A stretch of DNA of 63,371 nucleotides, counting the filler, from a bacterium (lineage in GTDB: Bacteria > JALSQH01): the NCBI GenBank assembly GCA_026985515.1. It is 8 parts of 8 records of this genome, joined end to end, with 100 filler letters (N's around TTAATTAATTAA, not from the genome) between each part and the next. Parts side by side here need not be neighbours in the genome. Positions count along the whole stretch, not along the records: positions 17,932 to 35,753 come from JALSQH010000042.1; positions 35,854 to 40,536 come from JALSQH010000048.1; positions 40,637 to 45,316 come from JALSQH010000049.1; 5 more parts are not named here. The stretch is one strand, 5' to 3'. The translations under genes and the position numbers were made by a program. The notes below the pieces were generated by a model. The model was not told the origin of the DNA and made no database searches. It saw only the letters and a list, made by a program, of their open reading frames with translations. Below are positions 31,711 to 41,718 of the stretch, one piece after another; within the stretch, counting starts at the first letter, position 1, and every line of letters begins with the position of its first letter.

Positions 31711-32783
31711 GAAAATTTCTTCCTCTGCTTTTTTTCATTCTTTTCTACTCCTGCACAGCAAAACTGGTAAAAAATAACAACGAGTACAACGATCTTAAAT
31801 CTATTGTAATAAAAGAGCCCATCTATGTTGAAGCGAAGAATAATGAGATAGTTTCTTACGATGACGAAACTCTCTTTAAAAAAGCTGAAGAAGCCCTTGA
31901 TAACGATGATATTCAAAAGGGACTTTTTTACTACTACCTTCTGCTTGAAAAATTTCCCGAATCAAAATTTATACCTCCTACCTTATATAATATAGGTGCA
32001 ATCTTCGAAGAGGAGAAAAAATACCCGGAGGCGGAGAAATTCTACAGGTACCTGATCAAAAAGTATCCACTTCACTATCTAACTCCAAGGGCAATATTCA
32101 GGCTTGTACTGGTCCTGGAAGCAGAAGAAAAATTTAGTGAAGCTTTGAAATACCTTGAAAAACTCAACCGCTTTTCACTTTCGAGAGAGGACAGATTAAA
32201 AGTTATAGCCCTCAAAGGGATTCTTCTCTCTGAGATGGGGAGGAAAAGGGAAGGAGAAAAATACCTGATGATTGCAGATAGAGAATATGGCAAACTGGCT
32301 CTGCAAAAGAAGAAATTTGATCGCTACTTCTGGGGATGGGTGAGATTTCAGATAGCGGAAAATGTTTTCACCCGCTACAGAGATTTCCACATAACAGGGA
32401 ATTCTCGGGATGAGATGAAAAAACAGCTGGAGAGAAAGGCCTCCCTTCTGTTGAAAGCCCTCAGACTCTACTTTCTTACTCTCAAAACAAGATCGATGCA
32501 CTGGGCCACAGCAGCTGTGTACAGAATGGGTCTTTTGTATGAACTATTTTACATGGAACTTGTACAGGTCAAACCTCCCGACACACTCACAAAGGAAGAA
32601 AAAGAGGTTTACTACGAAGAACTGGAAAAGGTTCTGAAGCCCGTGAAGGAAAAAGCGATAGAAACCTACGAAAAGATCATAAGGTACGCAACTGCCTGGG
32701 GCGTTAAAAGTGAGTGGTTAAAAAAGGCAAAAGAACATCTTGAGATACTGAAAAACTTTAAAATTTATCAGCCAGAAGGTTGA
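31707..32783 (+). CDS. TPR lipoprotein
   Basis: Lipobox FYSC; BamD/TPR-like repeats; C-terminal WATAA.YRMG.LY...PPD.L..EE...Y.EEL...A...YE. Confidence 0.8.
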   Translation: MRKFLPLLFFILFYSCTAKLVKNNNEYNDLKSIVIKEPIYVEAKNNEIVSYDDETLFKKAEEALDNDDIQKGLFYYYLLLEKFPESKFIPPTLYNIGAIFEEEKKYPEAEKFYRYLIKKYPLHYLTPRAIFRLVLVLEAEEKFSEALKYLEKLNRFSLSREDRLKVIALKGILLSEMGRKREGEKYLMIADREYGKLALQKKKFDRYFWGWVRFQIAENVFTRYRDFHITGNSRDEMKKQLERKASLLLKALRLYFLTLKTRSMHWATAAVYRMGLLYELFYMELVQVKPPDTLTKEEKEVYYEELEKVLKPVKEKAIETYEKIIRYATAWGVKSEWLKKAKEHLEILKNFKIYQPEG

Positions 32784-32808
32784 CATTTAAAACAATGGTT
32801 GGTAAATT
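32780..32808 (+). promoter_or_regulatory. Internal sigma70-type promoter
   Basis: TTGACA-17-TAAATT with extended TG, upstream of the 32836 gene. Confidence 0.45.
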
Positions 32809-32835
32809 TAGAGTGAAAATTGAATCGGGTGTGTA

Positions 32836-33981
32836 ATGAAAATAATAAAACTGCTTTTCATCAGTAGTATTATTGCGGGAATATTTTTTACTCAAATTCT
32901 CTACGCAGAGAAAAAGAATGAAAAAAAATACCCTGAGAAAACCACATCCACCACAGAATTTGAAGAAATCCACCTGCAACCTGAAGAAATAACACCAGAG
33001 GTAATAGAACTCAAGCCCAATGAGGTTCAATTCCAGGAAATTACTCCTCAGGCTGAGGAGTTACCTGAGGAAAACTTTCAGGTTTATGTGCCACAATTAA
33101 AAGAGATAACACCTGAAGAGTTTGCAAAGGAGAGACAAAAAGCCATTAAATTTGAGGAACTGAAACCTCAGGCACCAGAGCTGGCCGTTACACCTGAAAA
33201 GAAACCCGAAAAGCCAAAGTATGGAAAACTTGAAAAAGAGTTACCAGCAGCACCTGTAGTGCCTCAGGAGGTGGAGGAATTCAAACCCAAGCCACCTTCA
33301 CCGGAAGAGGTGAAACCAAAAGTGGTTGTCTCTGAAGCTCCACCGCCTCCACCGGAGGAAAAACCTCAGGCTCCCATTATTCCTCTCGCTCCACCACCAA
33401 CACCTGAAACTCCGCAGATTCCGAGAGAAGTTGCTCCTGCACAGGCACCAAAGATCAAAATTGCCATGAATGAAGAGTATAAAAAGCAGTTGAGTCAGCT
33501 CGCCCGGCAACTTGCCCTGCTTAAAGAGAGGGTCATAGAGGCAAAAACCAGAATCATAGCCTACGGCGAAAGGCTCACCAAGGGTTTCACAAGTGGAACA
33601 AAAGTTACAATAGATTGCATCAACAACCTGGGAAATGACTTCAGAATAACCAGGATGGCCGTTTTCCTTGATGGTCATCAGGTTTTTCTCAATGAATATT
33701 CTCTTGAAGAAAATCCCACAGGGGAAATAAAAATTTACAGGGGAAGCATTCTTCCCGGAAGACACAAGGTTGACATTAAACTGACTCTCCGGGGTGATAA
33801 GGGTATCTTCGATTTTTCCTTCAGTGCAGTTCTGAAGGTTGAAGCAGGACAATTCTTTACAGCTACAGAGGGGAAAATTGAACATATAAAAATCAAATTG
33901 ATAGATCGTGGAGGCTGGTTCACCTCTATAGAAAAGAGACCAGAGGTCAAATTCCAGATAACAGAAGAGGAAAGTTACTGA
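32836..33981 (+). CDS. Secreted Pro/Glu-rich protein with coiled coil and C-terminal beta-rich domain (myxobacterial TPR-cluster-associated family)
   Basis: Signal peptide, long P/E-rich region, LARQLALLKERV coil, then F.I....FLDG...IY.G.I.PG.H...F.A.EGK...RGG..T..EKRP.V.F. Confidence 0.65.
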   Translation: MKIIKLLFISSIIAGIFFTQILYAEKKNEKKYPEKTTSTTEFEEIHLQPEEITPEVIELKPNEVQFQEITPQAEELPEENFQVYVPQLKEITPEEFAKERQKAIKFEELKPQAPELAVTPEKKPEKPKYGKLEKELPAAPVVPQEVEEFKPKPPSPEEVKPKVVVSEAPPPPPEEKPQAPIIPLAPPPTPETPQIPREVAPAQAPKIKIAMNEEYKKQLSQLARQLALLKERVIEAKTRIIAYGERLTKGFTSGTKVTIDCINNLGNDFRITRMAVFLDGHQVFLNEYSLEENPTGEIKIYRGSILPGRHKVDIKLTLRGDKGIFDFSFSAVLKVEAGQFFTATEGKIEHIKIKLIDRGGWFTSIEKRPEVKFQITEEESY

Positions 33982-33990
33982 TTGTTGTTG

Positions 33991-35753
33991 ATGAAATGGA
34001 AATTTTCTTTATTTATCCTCTTACTGCTTGCTGCCCTTCCCCTTAAAGGGGGAGAGTATCTGCGGTATGAAGAACTCCTGAAATTCAAAAAAATTTACAT
34101 GGAAGGGAAATCCTTCTACAATTCAGGTGAATATAAAACTGCCCTTAATTTTTTTCTTCAGCTTCAGGAAAAAGAAGAGAAACTGCCTCCAAAGGTCAGG
34201 AAATTTGTGAGATACTACATCGCAGAATCATACTTTCATCTCAAACTCTACAGTGGGGCAAAGGAACAGTTTATCTGGCTGATCAACCATCCGCCTGTAC
34301 CATTCAGAGACAGAGTCTACAGACGCATAGAAGAAATAAATTATCTCACAGATGCAATAGATGAGTTTGAAAAATTCTTTCCAGATGCAATAACCTCAGC
34401 CAGCAGATATAAAGATGAGCTTTTCTACCTGAAAGGAAGGATTCTACTCCAGAAAAAGGAGTATGAAAGGGCTGAAGAATACTTCAAAAGGATAAAAGAG
34501 AAATCGGCATGGTTCATAAAGGGGAAATATTTTCAGGGCTACGCACTAACGGGAATGGGAAAATTGGAAAAGGCTATCTCTGTATGGGAGTCAATTTTAA
34601 AAATCTTTCCGGAGAAGGACAGGTTACTTTTGAATCTCGGAATACTCTGCAGAAAAGTGGGAGACCTCAAGAAGGCTGAAAATTACTTCTCAGAGATAAC
34701 GGATGGATCAGAAGCAAAGGAAGAGGCTCTCTATGATCTGGCATGGATTCAGCTTGATCAGAATAAACTGGGGGATGCTCTTCAAACACTGAAAGAACTT
34801 GCAAAAAGATATCCGCAGAGTAAAAGGCTTGGTGAAGTATCTCTTCTCATTGGTTATATCTATCTTGCTCTGGGGAAGTATGTGGAGTCTTACAGATACT
34901 TTGATGCCACACAAAACATATTTTCGGGTATGGAAAAGAGGATGAAGTTATTCAGAAAAACCCACGGTGTTCCCGAAGAGTTTTACGAGGCTCTACTTTA
35001 TCCTGCCCCGGGAGAAGTCACTCTTCCTTCCACAATAAGCCGGTGGATCCTGGAAGACAGATATGTGAAACTCGCCGATAATTTCATAGGGGATGTGAAA
35101 AATCTGAAAGTACAGATAGAGGACATAAAGTACTTTATACATGACCTTGCCCTTAAGGCGCTCTCACCTGAAAATGAGAAGAGAAGCCCTGCCTATCTGG
35201 ACATTGAAACTCTTGAAGATATGAGAGCCCTTCTTATCCAGCTACTTTCTCGGCTACTTGAACTGAAAGCAAAACCACTGGAAAACTACATGTACAGAGA
35301 AGAGGCACTGATTCTGGATAGAATCCGGTACATAAGGGAAGAGCTCATTGAGATGGAAAAGACCCCGGAAAATGTGGAAGAAAAGATCGATGAAAAGAGG
35401 AGAGAGATAGAAAATCTGAGAAAATACATTCTCACTCTTAACCCCGATGTGCTTGAGGGCAGGGAAAGTGTACAGAAGGGCAACCTCAAGGTAAAAATTC
35501 CATTTGCAGAGGTTGTACTGGAGAAGTTCTACAGAGAGATTGACAAACTTACGCTGATGTCACTGGACCTTTTCTCACTGAGGTTCTGGATCAAAGAGAC
35601 AATTAACTACACCTTTCTGCTTCAGGATAAAATGATTGACATTATTCTGTTTCGGCTGGGTATTTACCAGGATAAACGCTACCCCTTCTTTATTCAGGCT
35701 TCAGATATATTTACGGAGGGGTGGGGTTTGCTTTCAACCATTACCAGTGTGGA
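33991..35753 (+). CDS. Large secreted TPR protein, 3' truncated
   Basis: Signal peptide MKWKFSLFILLLLAA; multiple TPR units (YYIAESYF, FYLKGRI, LYDLAWIQ) followed by coiled coil; runs into the linker. Confidence 0.8.
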
Positions 35754-35853
35754 NNNNNNNNNNNNNNNNNNNNNNNNNNNNNNNNNNNNNNNNNNNNTTA
35801 ATTAATTAANNNNNNNNNNNNNNNNNNNNNNNNNNNNNNNNNNNNNNNNNNNN
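35754..35853. other. Artificial contig linker
   Basis: N run with TTAATTAATTAA. Confidence 0.98.
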
Positions 35854-35902
35854 CACTTTCTGCATTTCAATTCCTCCTTATTTATGGTGAAAGTGGGAAG
35901 AA

Positions 35903-36496
35903 TCAGGCCCCTGTTTTCCTCTTCAGATCAATAAGAACAAGTTTTGTAATGGCCTTCAAAGTTTCAAAAACCCCGACACCTTTAATGGCTATTGCCTCAA
36001 AATCGGGAACATGATCCTTGTTAAGCTCGGCTCTCATCTCTTCCACGGGAGCAGCATTGGGAAGATCCCTTTTGTTGTACTGAATCACATATGGAACGCT
36101 CTTGATACTGTAGCCCTGCTCTTCGAGATTTACAATCATGTTCTCAAAACTCTCAATATTTGCATCCATTCTCTCAATCTGGGAGTCGGCAACAAAAACT
36201 ATTCCATCAACACCTTTCAAGATAAGTTTTCTGCTGGCATCGTAGAAAACCTGACCGGGAACCGTGTAGAGATGAAACCTGACCTTAAAGCCCTTTATTT
36301 CACCCAGATTCAATGGAAGAAAATCAAAAAAGAGCGTTCGTTCCGTTTCTGTTGCAAGGGAGATCATCTTTCCCTTTGCCTTGGGGCTTGTTTTATCATA
36401 AATATACTGAAGATTGGTGGTCTTCCCACCAAGACCGGGCCCGTAATAAACAATTTTGCAGTTTATTTCCCTGGCGGCATAATTGATAAACGACAT
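35903..36496 (-). CDS. mglA: MglA small Ras-like GTPase
   Basis: [67 protein letters not shown]. Confidence 0.97.
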   Translation of the reverse strand: MSFINYAAREINCKIVYYGPGLGGKTTNLQYIYDKTSPKAKGKMISLATETERTLFFDFLPLNLGEIKGFKVRFHLYTVPGQVFYDASRKLILKGVDGIVFVADSQIERMDANIESFENMIVNLEEQGYSIKSVPYVIQYNKRDLPNAAPVEEMRAELNKDHVPDFEAIAIKGVGVFETLKAITKLVLIDLKRKTGA

Positions 36497-36505
36497 CTTC
36501 TTCAG

Positions 36506-37000
36506 CTACTCCGAAAAGAGGTTCTCAATATCTTCGTCTGTTATCTCAGAAAAGGGAGACTCAGCCTCCTCAGACTGCAGTTCTTTCTGAATTTTCTGTG
36601 TTAATTCATCAAAAATCTTTTTCAACTCCTCTGAAGCTTTTCTCACCCTCAACCTCACAAGGCCAAGAGAGGATCTGTGATCAAAAACAACAACAAGGAT
36701 TATCCGTTCCCCGACGAGGGTGATGTGAATATTATCCCTCTCCCCTTCATGAAACAAAACAGAAAATTCCTTTTCTCCAAGAAGTTTTGCAAGACCGCTG
36801 GTTGCAGCAATATTTCCCGCGGTAAGAGAAGCAAGGGAAGTTGTATCTATGTTCTCTGTTTCACCACAATGCGCAATCAATTGACCATTCTTATCAACAA
36901 GAAATACAAACTTTGCATTTGCATCCCTGGCAAGTCTTGTAATAACCTCATTTATCTTCTTGTACTCCTCTTCATACATTATAAATTGCGTATTTTCCAT
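36506..37000 (-). CDS. mglB: MglB roadblock/LC7 GAP
   Basis: MYEEE, ANAK.VFLVDKNGQLI, DTTSLASLTAGNIAAT, FHEGERDN, SSLGLVRLRV, PFSEITDEDIENLF. Confidence 0.96.
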   Translation of the reverse strand: MENTQFIMYEEEYKKINEVITRLARDANAKFVFLVDKNGQLIAHCGETENIDTTSLASLTAGNIAATSGLAKLLGEKEFSVLFHEGERDNIHITLVGERIILVVVFDHRSSLGLVRLRVRKASEELKKIFDELTQKIQKELQSEEAESPFSEITDEDIENLFSE

Positions 37001-37064
37001 GCTCAGGCCCCTCTGGTATCGTTACCAGAATAAATTATACCAGAAACTCTTTCAAAAACAAGAG

Positions 37065-39341
37065 TTACAGTAATGGATGTTCCGCTCTTGCCTTCAATCT
37101 TCTCCATCTTCTATCAACTTCCCTCTGGATCTCGTCGAGTATATGTTTATTCTCAGGTTTCAGCAGATGTCTGGTCTTACCCATGAGCTTCAACCATTCA
37201 GAAACTGGTATTTTCTTACCCTTTGCCTCAGGATCATAATTTAAAGTGGTAATTCCATCCTCCACCTCATACAGCGGGAAGAAGCAACTATTCACAGCTG
37301 CCTCAACAACCTGATTCCCCATATGATCTGGAATACTCCAGCCAGGGGGACATGCAATTAACACCTTCCCATAAACCATCCCCTTTTCCTTTGCAATCTT
37401 CTGAGCCTTTGCTCCTTTTATAATCAGATCCTTGTAAAATGGCTCAGCAGCGGTGAAAACATAGGGTATTCCTGTGGCCGCAAAGATCTGAGGTGTATCC
37501 TTATGGTGGAACTGCTTACCCTGCTCATATGGACCAACATTTGAAGTTGATGTCCTGTGACCAAGAGGAGTACTGTATGAGAGCTGATATCCAGTATTGG
37601 CGTAAGATTCATTATCATACTCCAAAATTATCAGGTTGTGATTCCTTGCCGCAGTACCAAGGGCAGGTCCAATTCCAATATCCATACCTCCATCACCTGT
37701 GACCATCACAAAGGTGATGTCCTCATCATCGGGGAGTTCCCCTCTTCTCTTCTGTTCATGGAACATCTCTACAAGACCGCTCAGTGTGGCTGCTCCATTC
37801 TGGAAAAGATTGTGAATATAGGTGATCCTGTGAGAACTGTAGGGATACCCGGTTGTGACAACCATTCCACATCCTGTGTGGTAGAGAACAACTATATCTC
37901 CCTCCATACCTCTTAAAAATGTTTCCACAGCTGAGAAAATTCCGCAACCCGGACACGCACCATGCCCTGGCACCACTTTCCTGGGAAGCTTAATTGCGTT
38001 GGTGGCACTGGCACCTTTTACGACTATTTTGCCATCTTTCTCCTCAATTTTGTAGATTCCCTTTCTGTTTTCCTCAGAAGAGATCGGTGGAACAATCCTC
38101 TTTGGAACATAATTGGGATCACCGGGGGTAGCTCCGTGGTACTCATATCTCTTCTCAACTTTACCAGTTTCAATTATCTTAAATCCCTCCTCAAACAACT
38201 CAACGGCATCTTCAAGGTAAAACTCCTTTCCTCCTATGCCGTAAATCCGGGAGATAACCTCAGGATGAACATCACGGTCATAAAGAAGAGATTTAACTTC
38301 ATGGTAAAGTGTGGAACCCCAGGCTCCATAAATATCATTTTTCTCAGCCACAATGATAACTTTTGCATTCTTAATTGCATTGTACACTTCTTCCTGAGGA
38401 AACGGCCTAAGTACATTTGGCATTACAGCACCAACCTTCATTCCTTTTGACCTCAGCAGGTCAACAGCCATTGTTGTGGTGTCAAAGGCAGAATTTATTA
38501 TAAAAATGATTACATCGGCATCTTCCGTTCTGTACGCATTGACAAGTCCATATTTTCTGCCAGAGAGTTCACCATACTCTTCAAAAATCTGAGGTATCAC
38601 CTTTAAAGCATTTTCCATGGCAATGGATAGCTGTTTTTTATTGTTTATGAGGTCAGGATCATTCATGTATGGTCCAATGGTAAGGGGATTCCTCGGATCA
38701 AGAGCGTGATAAACGGTTTTAACTGTTCCGAGAAAATCCTGAACATACTGTCTATCCTTAAAAACACTGATTTTTCTCTTCTGATGACTTGTAAAGAATC
38801 CATCATAATTTACGATTACTGGCAACCTCACATCCTCGTGCTCTCCTATTTTAACAGCCATGATAAGCATGTCATAAACCATCTGAGGATCCTTGGCCAG
38901 AAGAATAACCCATCCTGTGTTCATTGCATAGTAAAGATCACTGTGATCATTTCTGATATCAAGGGGTCCAGATACAGATCTGCTCACCAGAGCGAGGACC
39001 ATGGGAAACCTTGTTCCAGATTGAACCGGTAATTCCTCAAGTGCATACATCAACCCGTTGGCAGATGTGGCATTGAAGACTCTTCCACCTCCAAGAGAAG
39101 CTCCGTAGCAGATTCCCGCGGCACCATGCTCACCATCACCGGGTATCATGACAATGTCATGCTCACCATAAGCCTTCATTTCATCAAGAGTTTCAGCTAT
39201 CTGTGTGGAAGGGGTAATGGGATAATAACCCATTACATGGAAGTTGATATGTTTTGCCGCCCAGGCAGCGGATTCATTACCATCGACAAGGATATATTGC
39301 TGATTTTCCTTTAAAACTTTCTTTTTACTTGCCTCAGCCAT
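37065..39341 (-). CDS. 2-oxoacid (pyruvate-type):ferredoxin oxidoreductase, fused alpha+beta subunit
   Basis: GNE, YPITPS, EHGA, DHSD (alpha part); GHGACPGCG, TGC, GDGG...DNESYANTG TPP motif (beta part). Confidence 0.9.
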   Translation of the reverse strand: MAEASKKKVLKENQQYILVDGNESAAWAAKHINFHVMGYYPITPSTQIAETLDEMKAYGEHDIVMIPGDGEHGAAGICYGASLGGGRVFNATSANGLMYALEELPVQSGTRFPMVLALVSRSVSGPLDIRNDHSDLYYAMNTGWVILLAKDPQMVYDMLIMAVKIGEHEDVRLPVIVNYDGFFTSHQKRKISVFKDRQYVQDFLGTVKTVYHALDPRNPLTIGPYMNDPDLINNKKQLSIAMENALKVIPQIFEEYGELSGRKYGLVNAYRTEDADVIIFIINSAFDTTTMAVDLLRSKGMKVGAVMPNVLRPFPQEEVYNAIKNAKVIIVAEKNDIYGAWGSTLYHEVKSLLYDRDVHPEVISRIYGIGGKEFYLEDAVELFEEGFKIIETGKVEKRYEYHGATPGDPNYVPKRIVPPISSEENRKGIYKIEEKDGKIVVKGASATNAIKLPRKVVPGHGACPGCGIFSAVETFLRGMEGDIVVLYHTGCGMVVTTGYPYSSHRITYIHNLFQNGAATLSGLVEMFHEQKRRGELPDDEDITFVMVTGDGGMDIGIGPALGTAARNHNLIILEYDNESYANTGYQLSYSTPLGHRTSTSNVGPYEQGKQFHHKDTPQIFAATGIPYVFTAAEPFYKDLIIKGAKAQKIAKEKGMVYGKVLIACPPGWSIPDHMGNQVVEAAVNSCFFPLYEVEDGITTLNYDPEAKGKKIPVSEWLKLMGKTRHLLKPENKHILDEIQREVDRRWRRLKARAEHPLL

Positions 39342-39356
39342 TATTGCCTCCTTAAA

Positions 39357-40373
39357 TTAAACCAGGTTTCTTCTAAGTGGGTGAGGTACTGTGATCTTTT
39401 CAATATCATAGTTTTCTTCAATATCCATTTTCAACGCTCCAAATTTGCACATTTCCACACACTTACCACATCCCTTACAGAATTGATAATCTATTCCCTT
39501 CAGCAACATAACTGGCCTACCCGTTTTGGGATGTGGCCCTTCCTCCCAGACCAGACAACCATCGGGACAAACAATTTCACATTCGCCACAATGCGTGCAC
39601 TTCTCGTGATCAAGGACCGGGATGTAACCAACCCTGCTTGCACTGAAATCTTTCAAAATGGTATTTCCAGGATCAACAATAGTGCCACCTATGGGGGCAT
39701 TCAGATAACCAAGCTTTGGCTCCACTATTTTGTAAGGCACAAATGGGTACTTGCCATCAGGTTCGAACTTCTTTATCTGGATCTCATCGTAACCTCTTCT
39801 GAATCCCCTGAGGTTGCTTTCTGTAAGATGAGGATACTTCTTCTGAAAGACTCTCTTTATGCTTTCTTCAATATACTCCCTGGGGAAAAAGAACTCCATC
39901 GCCCTCGCAACTGCCCCGAGGAGCACCGTGTTAATTCTCGTTTTCTCTTCCCTTGCAATTTTTATTGCATCCAGAGTGTAGATCGTCCCTCCATGTAGCT
40001 GAAGAACATCTCTGATTTCGTCAGGGGATTTCCTTGTATTTACAATCACCGCAGCCTCAGGTTTCACTCCTGCGGTAACCGGCATTGCTTTAATAAGGCT
40101 CTCATGGAAAATTACCAGAATGTGCGGCTCCTCAACCGGACTGTTGGTCCTGACTTCCTGATCAGGATCACAGATCCTCACATAGGTTCGGACAGGTGTA
40201 CCTTTTTTCTCCGAACCATAACTGGCAAAACTCGCCCCATTGTACCCTGCAATAAGAATTGCAGCCTCAGAGAGAATCTTTCCCGCCAGGTTTGCCCCCT
40301 GACCTCCTATACTTTCCATTCTGATTTCAAAATATCCAAATTGATTCTTCACAGGTAAAGGAAGTTCACCCAT
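39357..40373 (-). CDS. 2-oxoacid:ferredoxin oxidoreductase, fused gamma+delta (ferredoxin) subunit
   Basis: GAGGAGG RBS before ATG 40373; IGGQGA, YGSEKKGTPV, CTHCGECEIVCP and CKGCGKCVEMC. Confidence 0.9.
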   Translation of the reverse strand: MGELPLPVKNQFGYFEIRMESIGGQGANLAGKILSEAAILIAGYNGASFASYGSEKKGTPVRTYVRICDPDQEVRTNSPVEEPHILVIFHESLIKAMPVTAGVKPEAAVIVNTRKSPDEIRDVLQLHGGTIYTLDAIKIAREEKTRINTVLLGAVARAMEFFFPREYIEESIKRVFQKKYPHLTESNLRGFRRGYDEIQIKKFEPDGKYPFVPYKIVEPKLGYLNAPIGGTIVDPGNTILKDFSASRVGYIPVLDHEKCTHCGECEIVCPDGCLVWEEGPHPKTGRPVMLLKGIDYQFCKGCGKCVEMCKFGALKMDIEENYDIEKITVPHPLRRNLV

Positions 40374-40536
40374 GCTTTCCTCCTCGGCAGATAATTTGAG
40401 GTTAGATTTTAACACATATTGGCTCTCCAGTCAAAACGGATTTGACAGACCATGTTGTTGAGCATTTCCAGGGGGTGATTAACCAATCCATTGAAAAATG
40501 GTACTCACTTCCCGAAAATAGGGTATATCATACATC

Positions 40537-40636
40537 NNNNNNNNNNNNNNNNNNNNNNNNNNNNNNNNNNNNNNNNNNNNTTAATTAATTAANNNNNNNN
40601 NNNNNNNNNNNNNNNNNNNNNNNNNNNNNNNNNNNN
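40537..40636. other. Artificial contig linker
   Basis: N run with TTAATTAATTAA. Confidence 0.98.
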
Positions 40637-41340
40637 AATTCATCCTCATACCTGAGACCATCATCATTGAGAATACCAAATTCACCAATCACCACTGCAT
40701 TTTCAAGAGATCCGCCCTTTGCAAAGCCACTGTCACGCAGTTTTTTTATCTCATGTTCAAAACCGAAAGTCCTTGCCTTGCTGATCTCCTTAACATACTT
40801 CTCCGAGGTGAATTCAAAAACCATTTTCTGTTTTCTCAACAACCTGTGGGGGAAAGAAATGGTAAAATCAATTATCAGTGATGGATCATCAAGTGGTTCC
40901 ACCGTTATTACTTTGTCTCCATTCCTTACCTGGATTTTCCTCGTTATCCTGTAAAACTTCTTAATTGCCTTCTGATCTTTGATACCTGCATCCCTTTTGA
41001 GAAAATAAATAAAGGGCCTCGTACTTCCGTCCATTATGGGCAATTCAGGTGCGTTAACCTCAATGAGAAGATTGTCAATTCCAAGGGCAAAGAGAGCCGA
41101 GAGAAAATGCTCCACCGTTCTCACTTCTGCATTACCACTTCTCAGAGTTGTTGCAAGTGTCCCGTCAGCTATATTTTCAAGGGAAACTTTTATGCGTGGC
41201 TTGCCGGGGAGATCCACTCTAACAAAAACTATGCCGGTATTGGGGGCGGCAGGTTTCACCCTCATTGTAACCTTCTTACCGGTATGAAGGCCTTTACCCA
41301 GAATACTCGATTCCCGTTTGACTGTCCTCTGTCTGAACAA
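40637..41340 (-). CDS. lpxC: UDP-3-O-acyl-N-acetylglucosamine deacetylase, 3' truncated
   Basis: QRT, G.GLHTG, TVEHFLSAL, ELPIMDGS, ARTFGF, GGSLENAVV, LRYEDE. Confidence 0.95.
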
Positions 41341-41350
41341 TTTATTACCT

Positions 41351-41638
41351 CTACTTTTCCTGTTTGTTATTTACCCTCTCCCTTAACTCTTTCCCGGGTT
41401 TGAAAAAAGGCAGCTTTTTGGGAGGAACAGGGATTCTCTCCCTCGTTCTTGGATTGATTCCCGTGTAACTCCCATACTCCCTCAACTCAAAACTGCCAAA
41501 TCCTCTTATTTCAACTCTATCACCATTCTTTATTGCTTCTTTAATTGCACCAAAAAAGGTATCAACCACCTTCGTTGCCAGTCTGTTATTCAACCCCTTC
41601 TCCTCAGCAAGCATCTTAATGAGATCAGATTTCTTCAT
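41351..41638 (-). CDS. ihfB: Integration host factor beta / HU-family DNA-binding protein
   Basis: MKKSDLI, DRVEIRGFGSF, G.NPRT, PFFKPGKELRERVN. Confidence 0.85.
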   Translation of the reverse strand: MKKSDLIKMLAEEKGLNNRLATKVVDTFFGAIKEAIKNGDRVEIRGFGSFELREYGSYTGINPRTRERIPVPPKKLPFFKPGKELRERVNNKQEK

Positions 41639-41680
41639 CTTCCCTACACCTCCTCTTTTTTCTGCCGTATTTGATGTTAA

Positions 41681-41708
41681 AGTATATAAAATAATTACCA
41701 CATGTCAA
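41681..41708 (-). promoter_or_regulatory. Sigma70-type promoter of ihfB-lpxC
   Basis: Minus strand TTGACA-16-TATACT. Confidence 0.5.
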
Positions 41709-41718
41709 GTTTTTACCA

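Noticed and set aside
33991-37000. Apparent adjacency of the TPR cluster and mglAB
   Set aside because: They are separated by a linker; adjacency across contigs has no biological meaning.
40420-40536. Leader of the OFOR operon with inverted repeat GTCAAA...TTTGAC as a possible riboswitch
   Set aside because: Only a short stem, no aptamer consensus that I recognise, and the region is cut by the contig edge.
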